A DNA stretch of 64,000 bases from Candidatus Actinomarina sp. (GCA_038142145.1 JAYQJM010000005.1:147978-211977); one strand, 5' to 3'. Positions 22,843 to 32,163 are shown, counted from the stretch's first letter. The notes: generated by a model not told the origin, from the letters alone. Numbers and translations are program-made.

Positions 22843-23388
22843 TTGAACTCTCTAAAAAATATTTGGAATCAATTTATTCAATTCACAAGATTCAACCAAT
22901 CGATATACGTAAAAATAGTTAATGACAGATATGAATCTGCTAATGCTCTAATCGTTGTTGTAGTAAGTCTTTTAGCAATTTATGTTCCCTTTATTCTGAA
23001 TGTGTCAACAGCTAATTTAGGTGACGTTGTGTTCTATGGAATTGTTGATGGAACATTTGCATGGTTGTTTTCGACACTAGCAACTTGGTTTTTACTATCC
23101 AGAGCATTTAACACAATAGTAGAAGTCTCAAACATTCTTGTGTTAACAGGCTATACCCACGGAGTTTTAGGAGGATTTGGGTTACTAGTTCTTGTTAATA
23201 TCTATTTAGATATCTCACCTTTGGTTTTACAGATTGGTACACTGTCTATTCTTGTTTGGATGTATTTTTTACTTTCCAAGTCATTATCTGCCTCATTATT
23301 AATAGAAAAAAGATCAGCTAATATTGCATCTGCGACAAATTTAGTTGTTTTAATATTTTTTTCGGATCCAATCAGACTATTTGTCTAA
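22843..23388 (+). CDS. Integral membrane protein of unknown function (Yip1-like topology)
   Basis: TTG start 2 nt after the rplQ stop; about 5 hydrophobic helices; no recognisable catalytic motif. The family call is tentative. Confidence 0.55.
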   Translation: MNSLKNIWNQFIQFTRFNQSIYVKIVNDRYESANALIVVVVSLLAIYVPFILNVSTANLGDVVFYGIVDGTFAWLFSTLATWFLLSRAFNTIVEVSNILVLTGYTHGVLGGFGLLVLVNIYLDISPLVLQIGTLSILVWMYFLLSKSLSASLLIEKRSANIASATNLVVLIFFSDPIRLFV

Positions 23389-24114
23389 ATGCAAACATAT
23401 AAAATAGATTTATCCTATAAAGGTACAAACTATTTTGGTTTTCAAAAGCAAAAAGACAAGAATACTATTCAAAAAGAATTTGAATCTGCAATAAATATCT
23501 TTACTAAAAATTATGAAATGTCATATTCTGGCAGAACCGATGCAGGAGTACATGCAAAGTCTCAAATAATAAGTTTAAAAACTGATATAGAAATTGATAA
23601 AAAAATGCAAAATTCAATAGATAAACTTTTGGGTCAAGATATATCAATCAATAGTCTTATAAAAGCTAAAAAAGATTTTCATGCAAGGTTTGATGCTAGA
23701 AAAAGAACATATAAGTATTTTTTGTCGGACAGTACCAAAAAACTTCCATTTCTTAATGACTTTACGTACTCTATTTTGTATGAAGTTGATGTAGATGAGT
23801 TAAATAAAATTTCAAATATATTTGTTGGCACTCACAATTTTTCATCCTTCGCCAAAATTGAGGCAGCTAAAAATCCTATAAGAACTATATATAAAAGTCA
23901 ATGGAGAAAGAAAAGAGATTACTTAGAATATACCATTGTTGGAAATGCTTTTTTGAGAAACATGGTTCGAAACTTAGTTGGAGTCCAATTGGCAGTTGTA
24001 AATGGCAAAGTCGATAGAAAAATAGTGAAAGAAGCGATTAAAAACGAAAACAGTAAGAGACTAAACTATTTGGCACCTGCAAAAGGTCTTGTACTTTGGA
24101 ATGTTAAATACTAG
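23389..24114 (+). CDS. truA: tRNA pseudouridine(38-40) synthase
   Basis: SGRTDAGVHA catalytic-Asp motif; 241 aa; canonical position before rplM. Confidence 0.94.
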   Translation: MQTYKIDLSYKGTNYFGFQKQKDKNTIQKEFESAINIFTKNYEMSYSGRTDAGVHAKSQIISLKTDIEIDKKMQNSIDKLLGQDISINSLIKAKKDFHARFDARKRTYKYFLSDSTKKLPFLNDFTYSILYEVDVDELNKISNIFVGTHNFSSFAKIEAAKNPIRTIYKSQWRKKRDYLEYTIVGNAFLRNMVRNLVGVQLAVVNGKVDRKIVKEAIKNENSKRLNYLAPAKGLVLWNVKY

Positions 24115-24143
24115 TTTTCATAAATTAAAATGCACTTTATAAT
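24115..24143 (+). promoter_or_regulatory. Candidate promoter for rplM-rpsI-glmM (TTTTCA-N17-TATAAT)
   Basis: Perfect -10 hexamer at 24138-24143 in the truA/rplM gap; weak -35. Confidence 0.25.
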
Positions 24144-24175
24144 AAGATTTCGTTACAATTCATAAGATTGAGACA

Positions 24176-24631
24176 ATGAGTACTAAAACAACTTTTAATG
24201 GAATAGAATCAACAGAAAGAAACTGGCATATAGTTGATGCTAGTGGCCTACCTATCGGTAGATTAGCTAGTGAGATTGCTCAAGTCTTGAGAGGTAAGCA
24301 CAAACCTGAGTTTGCACCTCATCTTGATGTTGGAGATCATGTAGTTGTAATAAATGCAGGAGAAATTGCAATCACTTCAAACAAGCCTGAACAAAAAATG
24401 TATCACTCACATTCAGGATTCCCTGGTGGAATAAAGTCTGAAAGCTTTAATGCTTTAAAGAAAAGAAAACCAGAAAAAATAATTGAAAGAGCTGTATGGG
24501 GAATGTTGCCAAAGAATAGACTTGGTAGATCAACACTAAAAAAACTACACATTTATGCAGACGCAAATCATCCTCATGAAAGTCAAAATCCACAAGAATT
24601 AGTTTTTAACATAAAGAAAGTAGAAAAATAA
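24176..24631 (+). CDS. rplM: 50S ribosomal protein L13
   Basis: 151 aa, WHIVDASGLPIGRLAS motif. Confidence 0.97.
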   Translation: MSTKTTFNGIESTERNWHIVDASGLPIGRLASEIAQVLRGKHKPEFAPHLDVGDHVVVINAGEIAITSNKPEQKMYHSHSGFPGGIKSESFNALKKRKPEKIIERAVWGMLPKNRLGRSTLKKLHIYADANHPHESQNPQELVFNIKKVEK

Positions 24632-25020
24632 TGGCTGAAAATTATTACGGTACTGGTAGACGTAAAACATCTGTAGCAAGAGTAACAATACAAGATGGAA
24701 CTGGAAACTTTACTTTTAACGGAAAAGAAATAAATCAATATTTCCCGAGCCCGCTTATGAGAATGACTGTTGAAAAACCTTTTAAAGTTGTCAACCTTGA
24801 AGCCAAATTTGATGTAGTTGTCAATGTACAAGGTAGTGGTTTATCTGCTCAAGCTGATGCAGTTTCTTTAGGAATATCAAGAGCTTTAATAAAAATGGAT
24901 CCTGAGCTTCGTCCTAAGTTAAAAAAAGCGGGTTTACTAACAAGAGATGCTCGAAAAGTTGAAAGAAAAAAATACGGTCTCAAGAAAGCTCGTAGAGCAG
25001 AGCAATTCACGAAGAGATAA
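24631..25020 (+). CDS. rpsI: 30S ribosomal protein S9
   Basis: 129 aa, GTGRRKTSVARV and C-terminal ...KKARRAEQFTKR. Confidence 0.97.
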   Translation: MAENYYGTGRRKTSVARVTIQDGTGNFTFNGKEINQYFPSPLMRMTVEKPFKVVNLEAKFDVVVNVQGSGLSAQADAVSLGISRALIKMDPELRPKLKKAGLLTRDARKVERKKYGLKKARRAEQFTKR

Positions 25021-25029
25021 TTCTTCACA

Positions 25030-26337
25030 TTGAAAAAATATTTCGGTACTGATGGAATCCGAGGTATTCCAAACGAAAATTTAACACAAGATTTAATCTC
25101 TGGCATGGCTAGAGCTGTTGAACAAATATTGGGAATAAGTTCAGTAGCTGTTATACAAGATACAAGAAGTTCTTCTAAAGAGATTCTTGATTGGATTTCA
25201 AAAGGGTTCTCAGAAGAAGTAAATGTTTTTAATTATGGAGTTTTACCTTCAGGCTCAATGCCAATTTTAATAAGTGAATTCAATCATGATTTGGGAATTA
25301 TTATTTCAGCTTCACATAATCCTAGTGAGTACAACGGCGTAAAATTAATCAATAAAAATGGATCAAAATTATCAGATGAACTTGAAATTGCAATTGAAAG
25401 TGAAATAGGGAAATCTGACTTACCTAACTCTAGTTCAGTAGTTAAAGAAACTGAAGAAGGAAAAAAAGCTTACGAGCAGTTCTTGTTAGATCAAATAGAT
25501 TTTAATATTGATAATTTTAATCTAGTAATTGACTGCGCAAATGGCTCTGCATACCAGGTGATTGAAGAGTTGTTCAAGAGTAATAAAAACATAAGAGTTA
25601 TTAACAATACACCTGATGGTGAGAACATAAATCATGAATGCGGAGCAACCTATATGGAAAATATGGTCCAAAATATTAAAAAAGGAGAAATTGGAATATC
25701 ATTTGATGGAGATGCTGATAGATCAATATTGGTTGATGAAGAGGGTAAAGTTTCTAACGGTGATGTAATTATGCTTCTAGTTTCCAAGTATTTATCTTCA
25801 AAAGGAAGTTTAAAAAACAATGTTGTTGTATCGACAGTTATGTCTAACTTTGGATTTAAAGCAGCAGTAGAAAAAAATAATTTTTCTAATATAGAAACAA
25901 AAGTAGGAGATAAATATGTTGCTGAAGCTTTATTGGAAAATAATGGTTCATTAGGCGGAGAGCAGTCTGGACATATTATATTTCCGGATATTTTACCTGT
26001 TGGTGATGGTTTGTTAACCATGTTGATGAGTTTAAAAGCATTGTCTTTTTTTAATACAACTCTTGTACAGTTTAAATCAGATAATATTTATGAATATCCT
26101 CAAGTTTTAGAAAACCTTCATTTAAACGAAATTCCATCCGATGATGTAATCGATTCATTAAATGCTTTAGCGGAAGAATTATTTATAGAAAATCAACTTG
26201 ATGGTAGATACTTAATAAGAAAATCAGGAACAGAACCTTTGTTAAGAGTTTTAGTAGAAGCAAAGAGTGAAGAAGAGTTAGATAATTTTATGGATAAGTT
26301 GCTAACTATTATCAAAAACGAGTTGAAGATATCTTAA
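25030..26337 (+). CDS. glmM: Phosphoglucosamine mutase
   Basis: TTG start; KYFGTDGIRG; active-site SASHNP; FDGDADR metal loop. Confidence 0.95.
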   Translation: MKKYFGTDGIRGIPNENLTQDLISGMARAVEQILGISSVAVIQDTRSSSKEILDWISKGFSEEVNVFNYGVLPSGSMPILISEFNHDLGIIISASHNPSEYNGVKLINKNGSKLSDELEIAIESEIGKSDLPNSSSVVKETEEGKKAYEQFLLDQIDFNIDNFNLVIDCANGSAYQVIEELFKSNKNIRVINNTPDGENINHECGATYMENMVQNIKKGEIGISFDGDADRSILVDEEGKVSNGDVIMLLVSKYLSSKGSLKNNVVVSTVMSNFGFKAAVEKNNFSNIETKVGDKYVAEALLENNGSLGGEQSGHIIFPDILPVGDGLLTMLMSLKALSFFNTTLVQFKSDNIYEYPQVLENLHLNEIPSDDVIDSLNALAEELFIENQLDGRYLIRKSGTEPLLRVLVEAKSEEELDNFMDKLLTIIKNELKIS

Positions 26338-26405
26338 ATTTAATTAAATAAATAATAAGACTTTTTACATTAAATTCAATTTATAATATTTATAACGAGC
26401 AAATT

Positions 26406-26535
26406 AGCGCCAGGCCTTTTATAGGTGACGAGGTAGTATGTTATCGAAAAATTCGGCGGATGCATACTCGGCTCTACGGTCGTAATAAATTGTTTAAAAA
26501 CAGCAAGAAATTGTTGAACAGAGGCAATTTAACGT
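26406..26535 (+). ncRNA. glmS ribozyme: glmS ribozyme (GlcN6P-dependent self-cleaving leader)
   Basis: Conserved core blocks are read directly: A|GCGCCAG (26406-), GACGAGG, GUUAUCGAA, UUCGGCGGAUGC, CGUAA, UUGAACA. Compensatory helices: AGUAUG 26435-40/CAUACU 26463-68, UAAAUUG 26486-92/CAAUUUA 26525-31, CAGCAA/UUGUUG hairpin. It lies immediately 5' of glmS. Confidence 0.88.
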
Positions 26536-26573
26536 AGTCTTATTTCAACTTGCTCGTTGGAATGGAGAATATA

Positions 26574-28370
26574 ATGTGTGGAATTGTAGGCTACTCAGGC
26601 CCTAAAGAACCTTTACCAATTTTATTAGGTGGTTTATCAAGATTAGAGTATCGAGGATATGACTCTTCTGGAATAGCTATTTTAAACAATAATGACTTAA
26701 TTATTGAAAAAAAAGAAGGCAAGTTATCTTCATTGGTTCAACATCTTGAAGGTAAAACAATTAAAGGCAGTATTGGAATTGGTCACACTAGATGGGCAAC
26801 ACACGGTGTTCCTAGTGATAACAATGCTCATCCTCATTCAGATAATCAAAACGAGTTCGCAATCATTCACAATGGTATTGTTGAAAATTATTCTGAGATG
26901 AAAGATGAACTAATAGAACAAGGCTACACTTTTTCATCTGATACAGATACGGAAGTTGTTGCTGTCGAGTTAAGCAATGAATGGTCAGGCGATCTATTAG
27001 AAACTGTTTTAAATGTAGCAAAAAAACTAGAAGGTACGTATGCACTCGTTGTAACAACAGTGAAACAACCTGATGTAATAGTGGCAGGTAGAATGATGAG
27101 TCCCTTAGTGCTCGGTGTTGGTGACGATGAAGTATTTCTTGCATCTGATTCTGCAGCAATTCTTGAGCACACAAATAAAATGATATTCTTGGAAAATGGG
27201 GATTTTGTAAAAATTGAAAATGGTCATTTTGAACTTTTTGATATAAATAAAAATAAAATTTCAAGAGAAATTCAAGTCATTGATTGGGAAGTTTCTGAAG
27301 CTGAGAAAGGCGGTCATGACCACTTTATGTATAAAGAAATATTAGAGCAACCTGAAGTAATAGAGAGAACAATCAGCGGTCGCTTGGCAGGAAGTGAAAG
27401 CGATATACCTATAAGTAGAGAAGAGGCTCAAAAATTTGAGAAAATATGGATTGTCGCATGTGGAACGGCATATCACGCAGGCTTATTTGGCAAGGATTTG
27501 TTTGAAAAGGTATTAGGTGTACCCGTAAGCGTTGAGTTGGCATCAGAGTTTAGATATAGAGAACCAATTGTTGGAAAGAATGATTTAGGTATAGTCATAT
27601 CACAATCAGGAGAAACAATGGACACAATTGCTGCAACTGAGCTTCTTAAAGAAAATGATGCTCATGTACTAGCATTTGTAAATGTTGTTGGGAGCTCTTT
27701 AGCAAGAATGGCAGATAGCGTGTTGTACCTTCATGTAGGTCCTGAGATTGGTGTTGCTTCTACAAAGGCATATCTTGGCATGCTCATAGGCCAGCTGTTA
27801 GTTGCAAAACACTGGGATGAAGAGAACAAACTAAATATTTCTTATGATGAAATAAATGAATTACCTAAATTAATTCAAGAAACATTAAATTGTGAAGATC
27901 AAATTAAAAGTCTTTCAAAGAAGATTTCAAAAAAGAAAGATATTTATTTTATCGGCAGAGGGCTAGATTATGCACTTGCAGCAGAAGGTGCTTTGAAATT
28001 AAAAGAGATTTCTTATCTTCATGCAGAAGCATTGGCCGCAGGGGAGCTTAAACATGGTACTCTAGCCTTAATTGAAGACGATACTCCTGTAATTGTTACA
28101 GCAAGTCAAAATCATTTATTAGACAAAACAACAAGTAATGTGCAAGAGGTAATTGCTCGTGGGGCGTATGTGATTTCAATTGGAGATAATTCATCTAAAA
28201 AGTTAGAAGACATATCTAATGAATATGTAACTTTACCAACTACATCAGAGGTATTATCAACAATAATTTCTATAATCCCTCTTCAATTTATTGCATATCA
28301 TGTCGCAAATTTGAACGGTGAGTCCATAGATCAACCAAGAAACCTAGCCAAATCTGTTACTGTTGAGTAG
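26574..28370 (+). CDS. glmS: Glutamine--fructose-6-phosphate aminotransferase
   Basis: Start set at ATG 26574 (MCGIVGY, catalytic N-terminal Cys), with GGAG SD 6 nt upstream. Two SIS domains; C-terminal ...KSVTVE. Confidence 0.97.
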   Translation: MCGIVGYSGPKEPLPILLGGLSRLEYRGYDSSGIAILNNNDLIIEKKEGKLSSLVQHLEGKTIKGSIGIGHTRWATHGVPSDNNAHPHSDNQNEFAIIHNGIVENYSEMKDELIEQGYTFSSDTDTEVVAVELSNEWSGDLLETVLNVAKKLEGTYALVVTTVKQPDVIVAGRMMSPLVLGVGDDEVFLASDSAAILEHTNKMIFLENGDFVKIENGHFELFDINKNKISREIQVIDWEVSEAEKGGHDHFMYKEILEQPEVIERTISGRLAGSESDIPISREEAQKFEKIWIVACGTAYHAGLFGKDLFEKVLGVPVSVELASEFRYREPIVGKNDLGIVISQSGETMDTIAATELLKENDAHVLAFVNVVGSSLARMADSVLYLHVGPEIGVASTKAYLGMLIGQLLVAKHWDEENKLNISYDEINELPKLIQETLNCEDQIKSLSKKISKKKDIYFIGRGLDYALAAEGALKLKEISYLHAEALAAGELKHGTLALIEDDTPVIVTASQNHLLDKTTSNVQEVIARGAYVISIGDNSSKKLEDISNEYVTLPTTSEVLSTIISIIPLQFIAYHVANLNGESIDQPRNLAKSVTVE

Positions 28371-28372
28371 TA

Positions 28373-28546
28373 ATGAATAATAAATTTTGGAATTCAGATA
28401 ATTCTGGAAATTGGATTGGTGTTGGAACAGGCATAGGAGCTGCAGTCTTCGCAGCGACAAAAGAACCTACTTGGTTAGCAGTGGGTGTTGCAATTGGTGC
28501 TGCGCTTAGCAATAGAAAACCAAAAGATTTAAAAAATCAGAGATAG
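28373..28546 (+). CDS. Small (57 aa) glycine-zipper membrane peptide, unannotated by the ORF track
   Basis: Own translation: MNNKFWNSDNSGNWIGVGTGIGAAVFAATKEPTWLAVGVAIGAALSNRKPKDLKNQR. Two GxxxG/A-rich hydrophobic segments and a basic tail. It fills the glmS/alr gap exactly. Confidence 0.55.
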   Translation: MNNKFWNSDNSGNWIGVGTGIGAAVFAATKEPTWLAVGVAIGAALSNRKPKDLKNQR

Positions 28547-28556
28547 ATTCTAAATT

Positions 28557-29636
28557 ATGGACAGAGGTTTTATTTATCTTAATAAAAAAAATTTAATTAG
28601 TAATTTAGATTATTTAGGACAAGTATCACAGAAAAAAATATGTTTAGTTGTAAAAGCTAACGCTTATGGTCATGGCATTGAGTGGACAGTAAGAGTTGCT
28701 GATAGTTTTGGAGTTGATTGGTTTGCTGTAGCTTCAGTTGATGAAGCATTAATTGTCAGAAAAGCTAGTCCATTATCAAATATACTTCTACTATCTGAAC
28801 CATCTGTTTCTCAGCTTGATATTATTCAAAAAAACAAAATTGATCTCACAGTTTATAACACAAAATTTATCGATGAACTAATCAAATCAGGGTATCCATT
28901 CAATGTACATTTGAAAGTTGATACTGGGATGCACAGAGTAGGCTGTGAACCAGATAAATTTGAAACTTTATTTATCCAAATAGTAGAGTCAAGTTTAAAC
29001 CTAAGAGGTGTTTGTACACATTTTCCGGTATCTGATACAAACTCAGAATCTACAAATAACTCTATAGCTCTTTTCAAAGAAATTATCTCTAATGTAGATG
29101 TTTCCAATCTTTTAGTTCATGTTGATAACTCTGCTTCAGCTTTTTTTAACTCAGATAAGACCTTTAACATGTCCAGAATAGGATTAGCTGCATATGGAAC
29201 GTTTGTTTCTAGTGAAAACCTCAATCATGAATTAAATCCAATAATGGAAATTAAAACTAGAATTTCAAATTTACAAAAAAGAAAAGCAGGAGAAACTGTT
29301 TCGTACGGAAAAGCACAAAAGCTTGAAAGAGATTCAATAATCGCTACCGCACCAATTGGTTACGGCGATGGATACCCTTGGAATTCTTTTCCAGATGGAA
29401 GAGTAATAGTTAAGAATACTTTTTGTAGACTTGTAGGCAGAGTAACTATGGATCAGATTTTATTTGACGTAACTGATTTAAATGTTGAAATTGACGATGA
29501 AGTAGTAATTCTTGGTAAATCGGGTGATTCTTCATTAGAGATAACTGTCTCTGATATTGCATCATGGAATAAAACTATTGAATGGGAAATTTTAACCAAC
29601 ATGTCTAAAAGACTTGAAAGGGTAGAAGTTGGTTAA
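28557..29636 (+). CDS. alr: Alanine racemase
   Basis: VVKANAYGHG PLP-lysine motif; 359 aa; actinobacterial alr-tsaE-tsaB-rimI-tsaD synteny. Confidence 0.94.
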   Translation: MDRGFIYLNKKNLISNLDYLGQVSQKKICLVVKANAYGHGIEWTVRVADSFGVDWFAVASVDEALIVRKASPLSNILLLSEPSVSQLDIIQKNKIDLTVYNTKFIDELIKSGYPFNVHLKVDTGMHRVGCEPDKFETLFIQIVESSLNLRGVCTHFPVSDTNSESTNNSIALFKEIISNVDVSNLLVHVDNSASAFFNSDKTFNMSRIGLAAYGTFVSSENLNHELNPIMEIKTRISNLQKRKAGETVSYGKAQKLERDSIIATAPIGYGDGYPWNSFPDGRVIVKNTFCRLVGRVTMDQILFDVTDLNVEIDDEVVILGKSGDSSLEITVSDIASWNKTIEWEILTNMSKRLERVEVG

Positions 29637-30036
29637 TAAAGTTTCAGAATCTGAACTGGAAATATTTTTAAAAAGTTATTTAGACAAGTTGATTCTTCCC
29701 AAAATAATAGGTCTTTCAGGTCCTCTTGGAGCTGGAAAAACTACTATAGCAAAACAAATAATTAAATATTTTGGATCTACCGAAGTTGTGACTTCACCAA
29801 CTTTCAATATTGTAAAGCAATACTCAGTTGGAGATTTACAAATTTATCATATTGATTTATATCGTTTGGGAAGCTGGTCCGAGTTTCTTGACTTGGACTT
29901 ACCACTTGATAGTGATAATAGTTTATTTATAATTGAGTGGATAAATTTGATACCTAATTTGAATCAACTTGATATGGATATTATTGACATAACTATTGAA
30001 GATGAGCTAACAAGGAATATAAAAATATATGATTAG
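29629..30036 (+). CDS. tsaE: tRNA t6A37 biosynthesis ATPase TsaE
   Basis: TTG start overlapping alr; GPLGAGKTT P-loop; TSPTFNIV motif. Confidence 0.9.
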   Translation: MVNKVSESELEIFLKSYLDKLILPKIIGLSGPLGAGKTTIAKQIIKYFGSTEVVTSPTFNIVKQYSVGDLQIYHIDLYRLGSWSEFLDLDLPLDSDNSLFIIEWINLIPNLNQLDMDIIDITIEDELTRNIKIYD

Positions 30037-30733
30037 TCTCTCAATTTCAACTTCTGGAAAATACAACTCTGTTGCAATTTATGGAGAGTCTCTAATCGCA
30101 TCATCTACTGTCGAATCTAAGAATGGATCTACTAGTATATTGATGAATTCAATTGATGAAGTCTTTAAGAAATCAAATAAAAATAAAAATGATCTAGAAG
30201 TTGTTTATCTTGATATAGGTCCAGGTTTTTACACAAGTCTTAGAATTGGATTAGCAGTTGCCCAAGGAATCTGTGCAAGCTTAGGTTTGCCACTTGTACC
30301 TGTAAACGGATTAGATGCTCTATCATATGCAGCCCATACAGGTCATCGTAAAATTTATTCAATAATTGATATAAAAAGGGAAGAGTTTGCTTTTTGTACA
30401 TACAAACCTGTTCCAGGGGGAGTTGTTAAAAGTTCAGAACCAGAAATACTTAATCAAGAAGATATTAAGCAAAAATTAAGTGAAGATAATGAAAAGAAAT
30501 TAGTCGTTGGTAACTGGCAAGGATTAGAACTCGCTTCAATTAAAGACTCTAGCTTTGTTAAACTCGCGTCTCCAGAATTTGTAACCGCGGATTACATTCA
30601 AAACTTAGGAAAAGAAATTTTTAGAAGTGGAGAATTCCCAAACTTCAATGAAGTCCAAATAGCTTACATGAGAGAACCAGATGTCTTGTTTTCTTCAAAT
30701 AATTTAGAACAAGAAGTCAATTTCTATGATTGA
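30029..30733 (+). CDS. tsaB: tRNA t6A37 biosynthesis protein TsaB
   Basis: 234 aa, ASKHA-fold N-terminus (GPGFYTSLRIGLAVAQG); lies between tsaE and rimI. Confidence 0.88.
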   Translation: MISLSISTSGKYNSVAIYGESLIASSTVESKNGSTSILMNSIDEVFKKSNKNKNDLEVVYLDIGPGFYTSLRIGLAVAQGICASLGLPLVPVNGLDALSYAAHTGHRKIYSIIDIKREEFAFCTYKPVPGGVVKSSEPEILNQEDIKQKLSEDNEKKLVVGNWQGLELASIKDSSFVKLASPEFVTADYIQNLGKEIFRSGEFPNFNEVQIAYMREPDVLFSSNNLEQEVNFYD

Positions 30734-31169
30734 GCAAATTAAATCTTGTAATGATCAACTTGCTAACAAGTTAGTTTCTATTGAGCAAAATATATTTGGC
30801 ACATGCTGGCCCCCTGAAGTTTTGAAAGAGAAAGTTAATAAAGGTGAATTTTTATATTGGATTTTCAATAAAAATAATAACATTGTTGGATATCTTGGAA
30901 TTCAAAAAAGTCTTGATGAACTTCAGATACTAGGCATCGGCATACTTGAAGAATATAGAAATACTGGGTTAGCAAAAAAACTTACCGATGAATTAATTAG
31001 ATTTTTCAAAAACTCTTACCAAAATAAGATAATACTTGAAGTGAGAGAATCTAACATTGCTGCAATAAATTTATATAAATCTGTAGGTTTTAGTCAGTAT
31101 GGTAAAAGAGAAAATTATTACAAAAATGAAGACGCTATTTTATTTGAATTAGAGAAAGCTTATGTCTAA
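30726..31169 (+). CDS. rimI: Ribosomal-protein-alanine N-acetyltransferase (GNAT)
   Basis: 147 aa GNAT fold (...YRNTGLAKKL...); conserved position. Confidence 0.85.
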   Translation: MIEQIKSCNDQLANKLVSIEQNIFGTCWPPEVLKEKVNKGEFLYWIFNKNNNIVGYLGIQKSLDELQILGIGILEEYRNTGLAKKLTDELIRFFKNSYQNKIILEVRESNIAAINLYKSVGFSQYGKRENYYKNEDAILFELEKAYV

Positions 31170-32163
31170 AGAATTAGTTATTTTAGGTTTTGAAACATCT
31201 TGCGACGAAACTGCGGTTGCAATAATGAGAGGAGATGATTTAGTTGTTAATACAATTTCATCTCAAGTAGAGATTCATGAAAAATTTGGTGGAGTAGTAC
31301 CGGAAGTTGCCTCAAGAGCTCATGCAGAGATGATAAGGAATATTTTTCATAATTCTTTAAATGCTGCAAATCTTCAGATTTCTGATATAGATGTTGTAGC
31401 AACTACAGATGGGCCTGGTCTTGTTGGCAGTTTGGTAGTTGGCTATAACTTTGCGAGATCAATTTCATGGTCAATAGACAAGCCATTATTAACAGTAGAC
31501 CACATGGTAGGTCATTTAGCTGCACCATTAATAGAAAATAGTGAGATGACACCACCATTTCTTACATTACTTGTTTCAGGTGGTCATACTCAAATAGTTC
31601 TTGTGGAAGAGTGGGGAAATTATCAATTATTAGGAACAACCATAGATGATGCTGCTGGTGAAGCTTTTGATAAGCTTTCAAGATTTTGTGGATTTGGTTT
31701 CCCAGGTGGTCCTGCAATTCAAAGAATAGGTGAAAATGGGGATCCAAATAGAGTAGATTTACCAAGACCAAAAACTAAACATGAATTTAACTATTCCTTT
31801 TCTGGGTTAAAAACTGCAGCCACTAACTTTTTAAACAATTTAGATATCAATGATAAGGTTACAAAAGCTGACTTTGCAGCATCTTATCAAGAGGCAATAG
31901 TTGACTCATTAATGAGAAATTTTCAAAAAGCAGTTATTGAAACAGGTGTGCCTAATATTTCTGGTGGAGGAGGAGTCATGGCAAATAGTAGATTAAGGGA
32001 AAAAATGAATTTTTTAGCTTCAGAAAAAGATTTAAATCTATTTTTACCTTCACCCAGGCTCTCAACTGATAATGCTGCCATGATTTGTGTTGCTGCTAAA
32101 AATAACTTAATTACAAACGAATTATTGATCGATGATGTTCGTTTGAGCTCAATTATTAAGTAA
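31162..32163 (+). CDS. tsaD: tRNA N6-adenosine threonylcarbamoyltransferase TsaD
   Basis: GFETSCDETA start and HMVGH metal motif; 333 aa. Confidence 0.96.
   Translation: MSKELVILGFETSCDETAVAIMRGDDLVVNTISSQVEIHEKFGGVVPEVASRAHAEMIRNIFHNSLNAANLQISDIDVVATTDGPGLVGSLVVGYNFARSISWSIDKPLLTVDHMVGHLAAPLIENSEMTPPFLTLLVSGGHTQIVLVEEWGNYQLLGTTIDDAAGEAFDKLSRFCGFGFPGGPAIQRIGENGDPNRVDLPRPKTKHEFNYSFSGLKTAATNFLNNLDINDKVTKADFAASYQEAIVDSLMRNFQKAVIETGVPNISGGGGVMANSRLREKMNFLASEKDLNLFLPSPRLSTDNAAMICVAAKNNLITNELLIDDVRLSSIIK

Noticed and set aside
26359-26396. Promoter for the glmS ribozyme transcript (TTTACA at 26364-69, TATAAT at 26382-87)
   Set aside because: The two good hexamers are only 12 nt apart, and alternative pairings give poor -35 elements. 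The promoter position cannot be called with confidence.
26550-26573. TTG-initiated N-terminal extension of glmS (MLVGMENI-) given by the ORF track
   Set aside because: GlmS needs Cys as the mature N-terminal residue (Ntn amidotransferase). ATG 26574 gives MCGIVGY with a GGAG SD 6 nt upstream. The extension would also run through the ribozyme-flanking helix.
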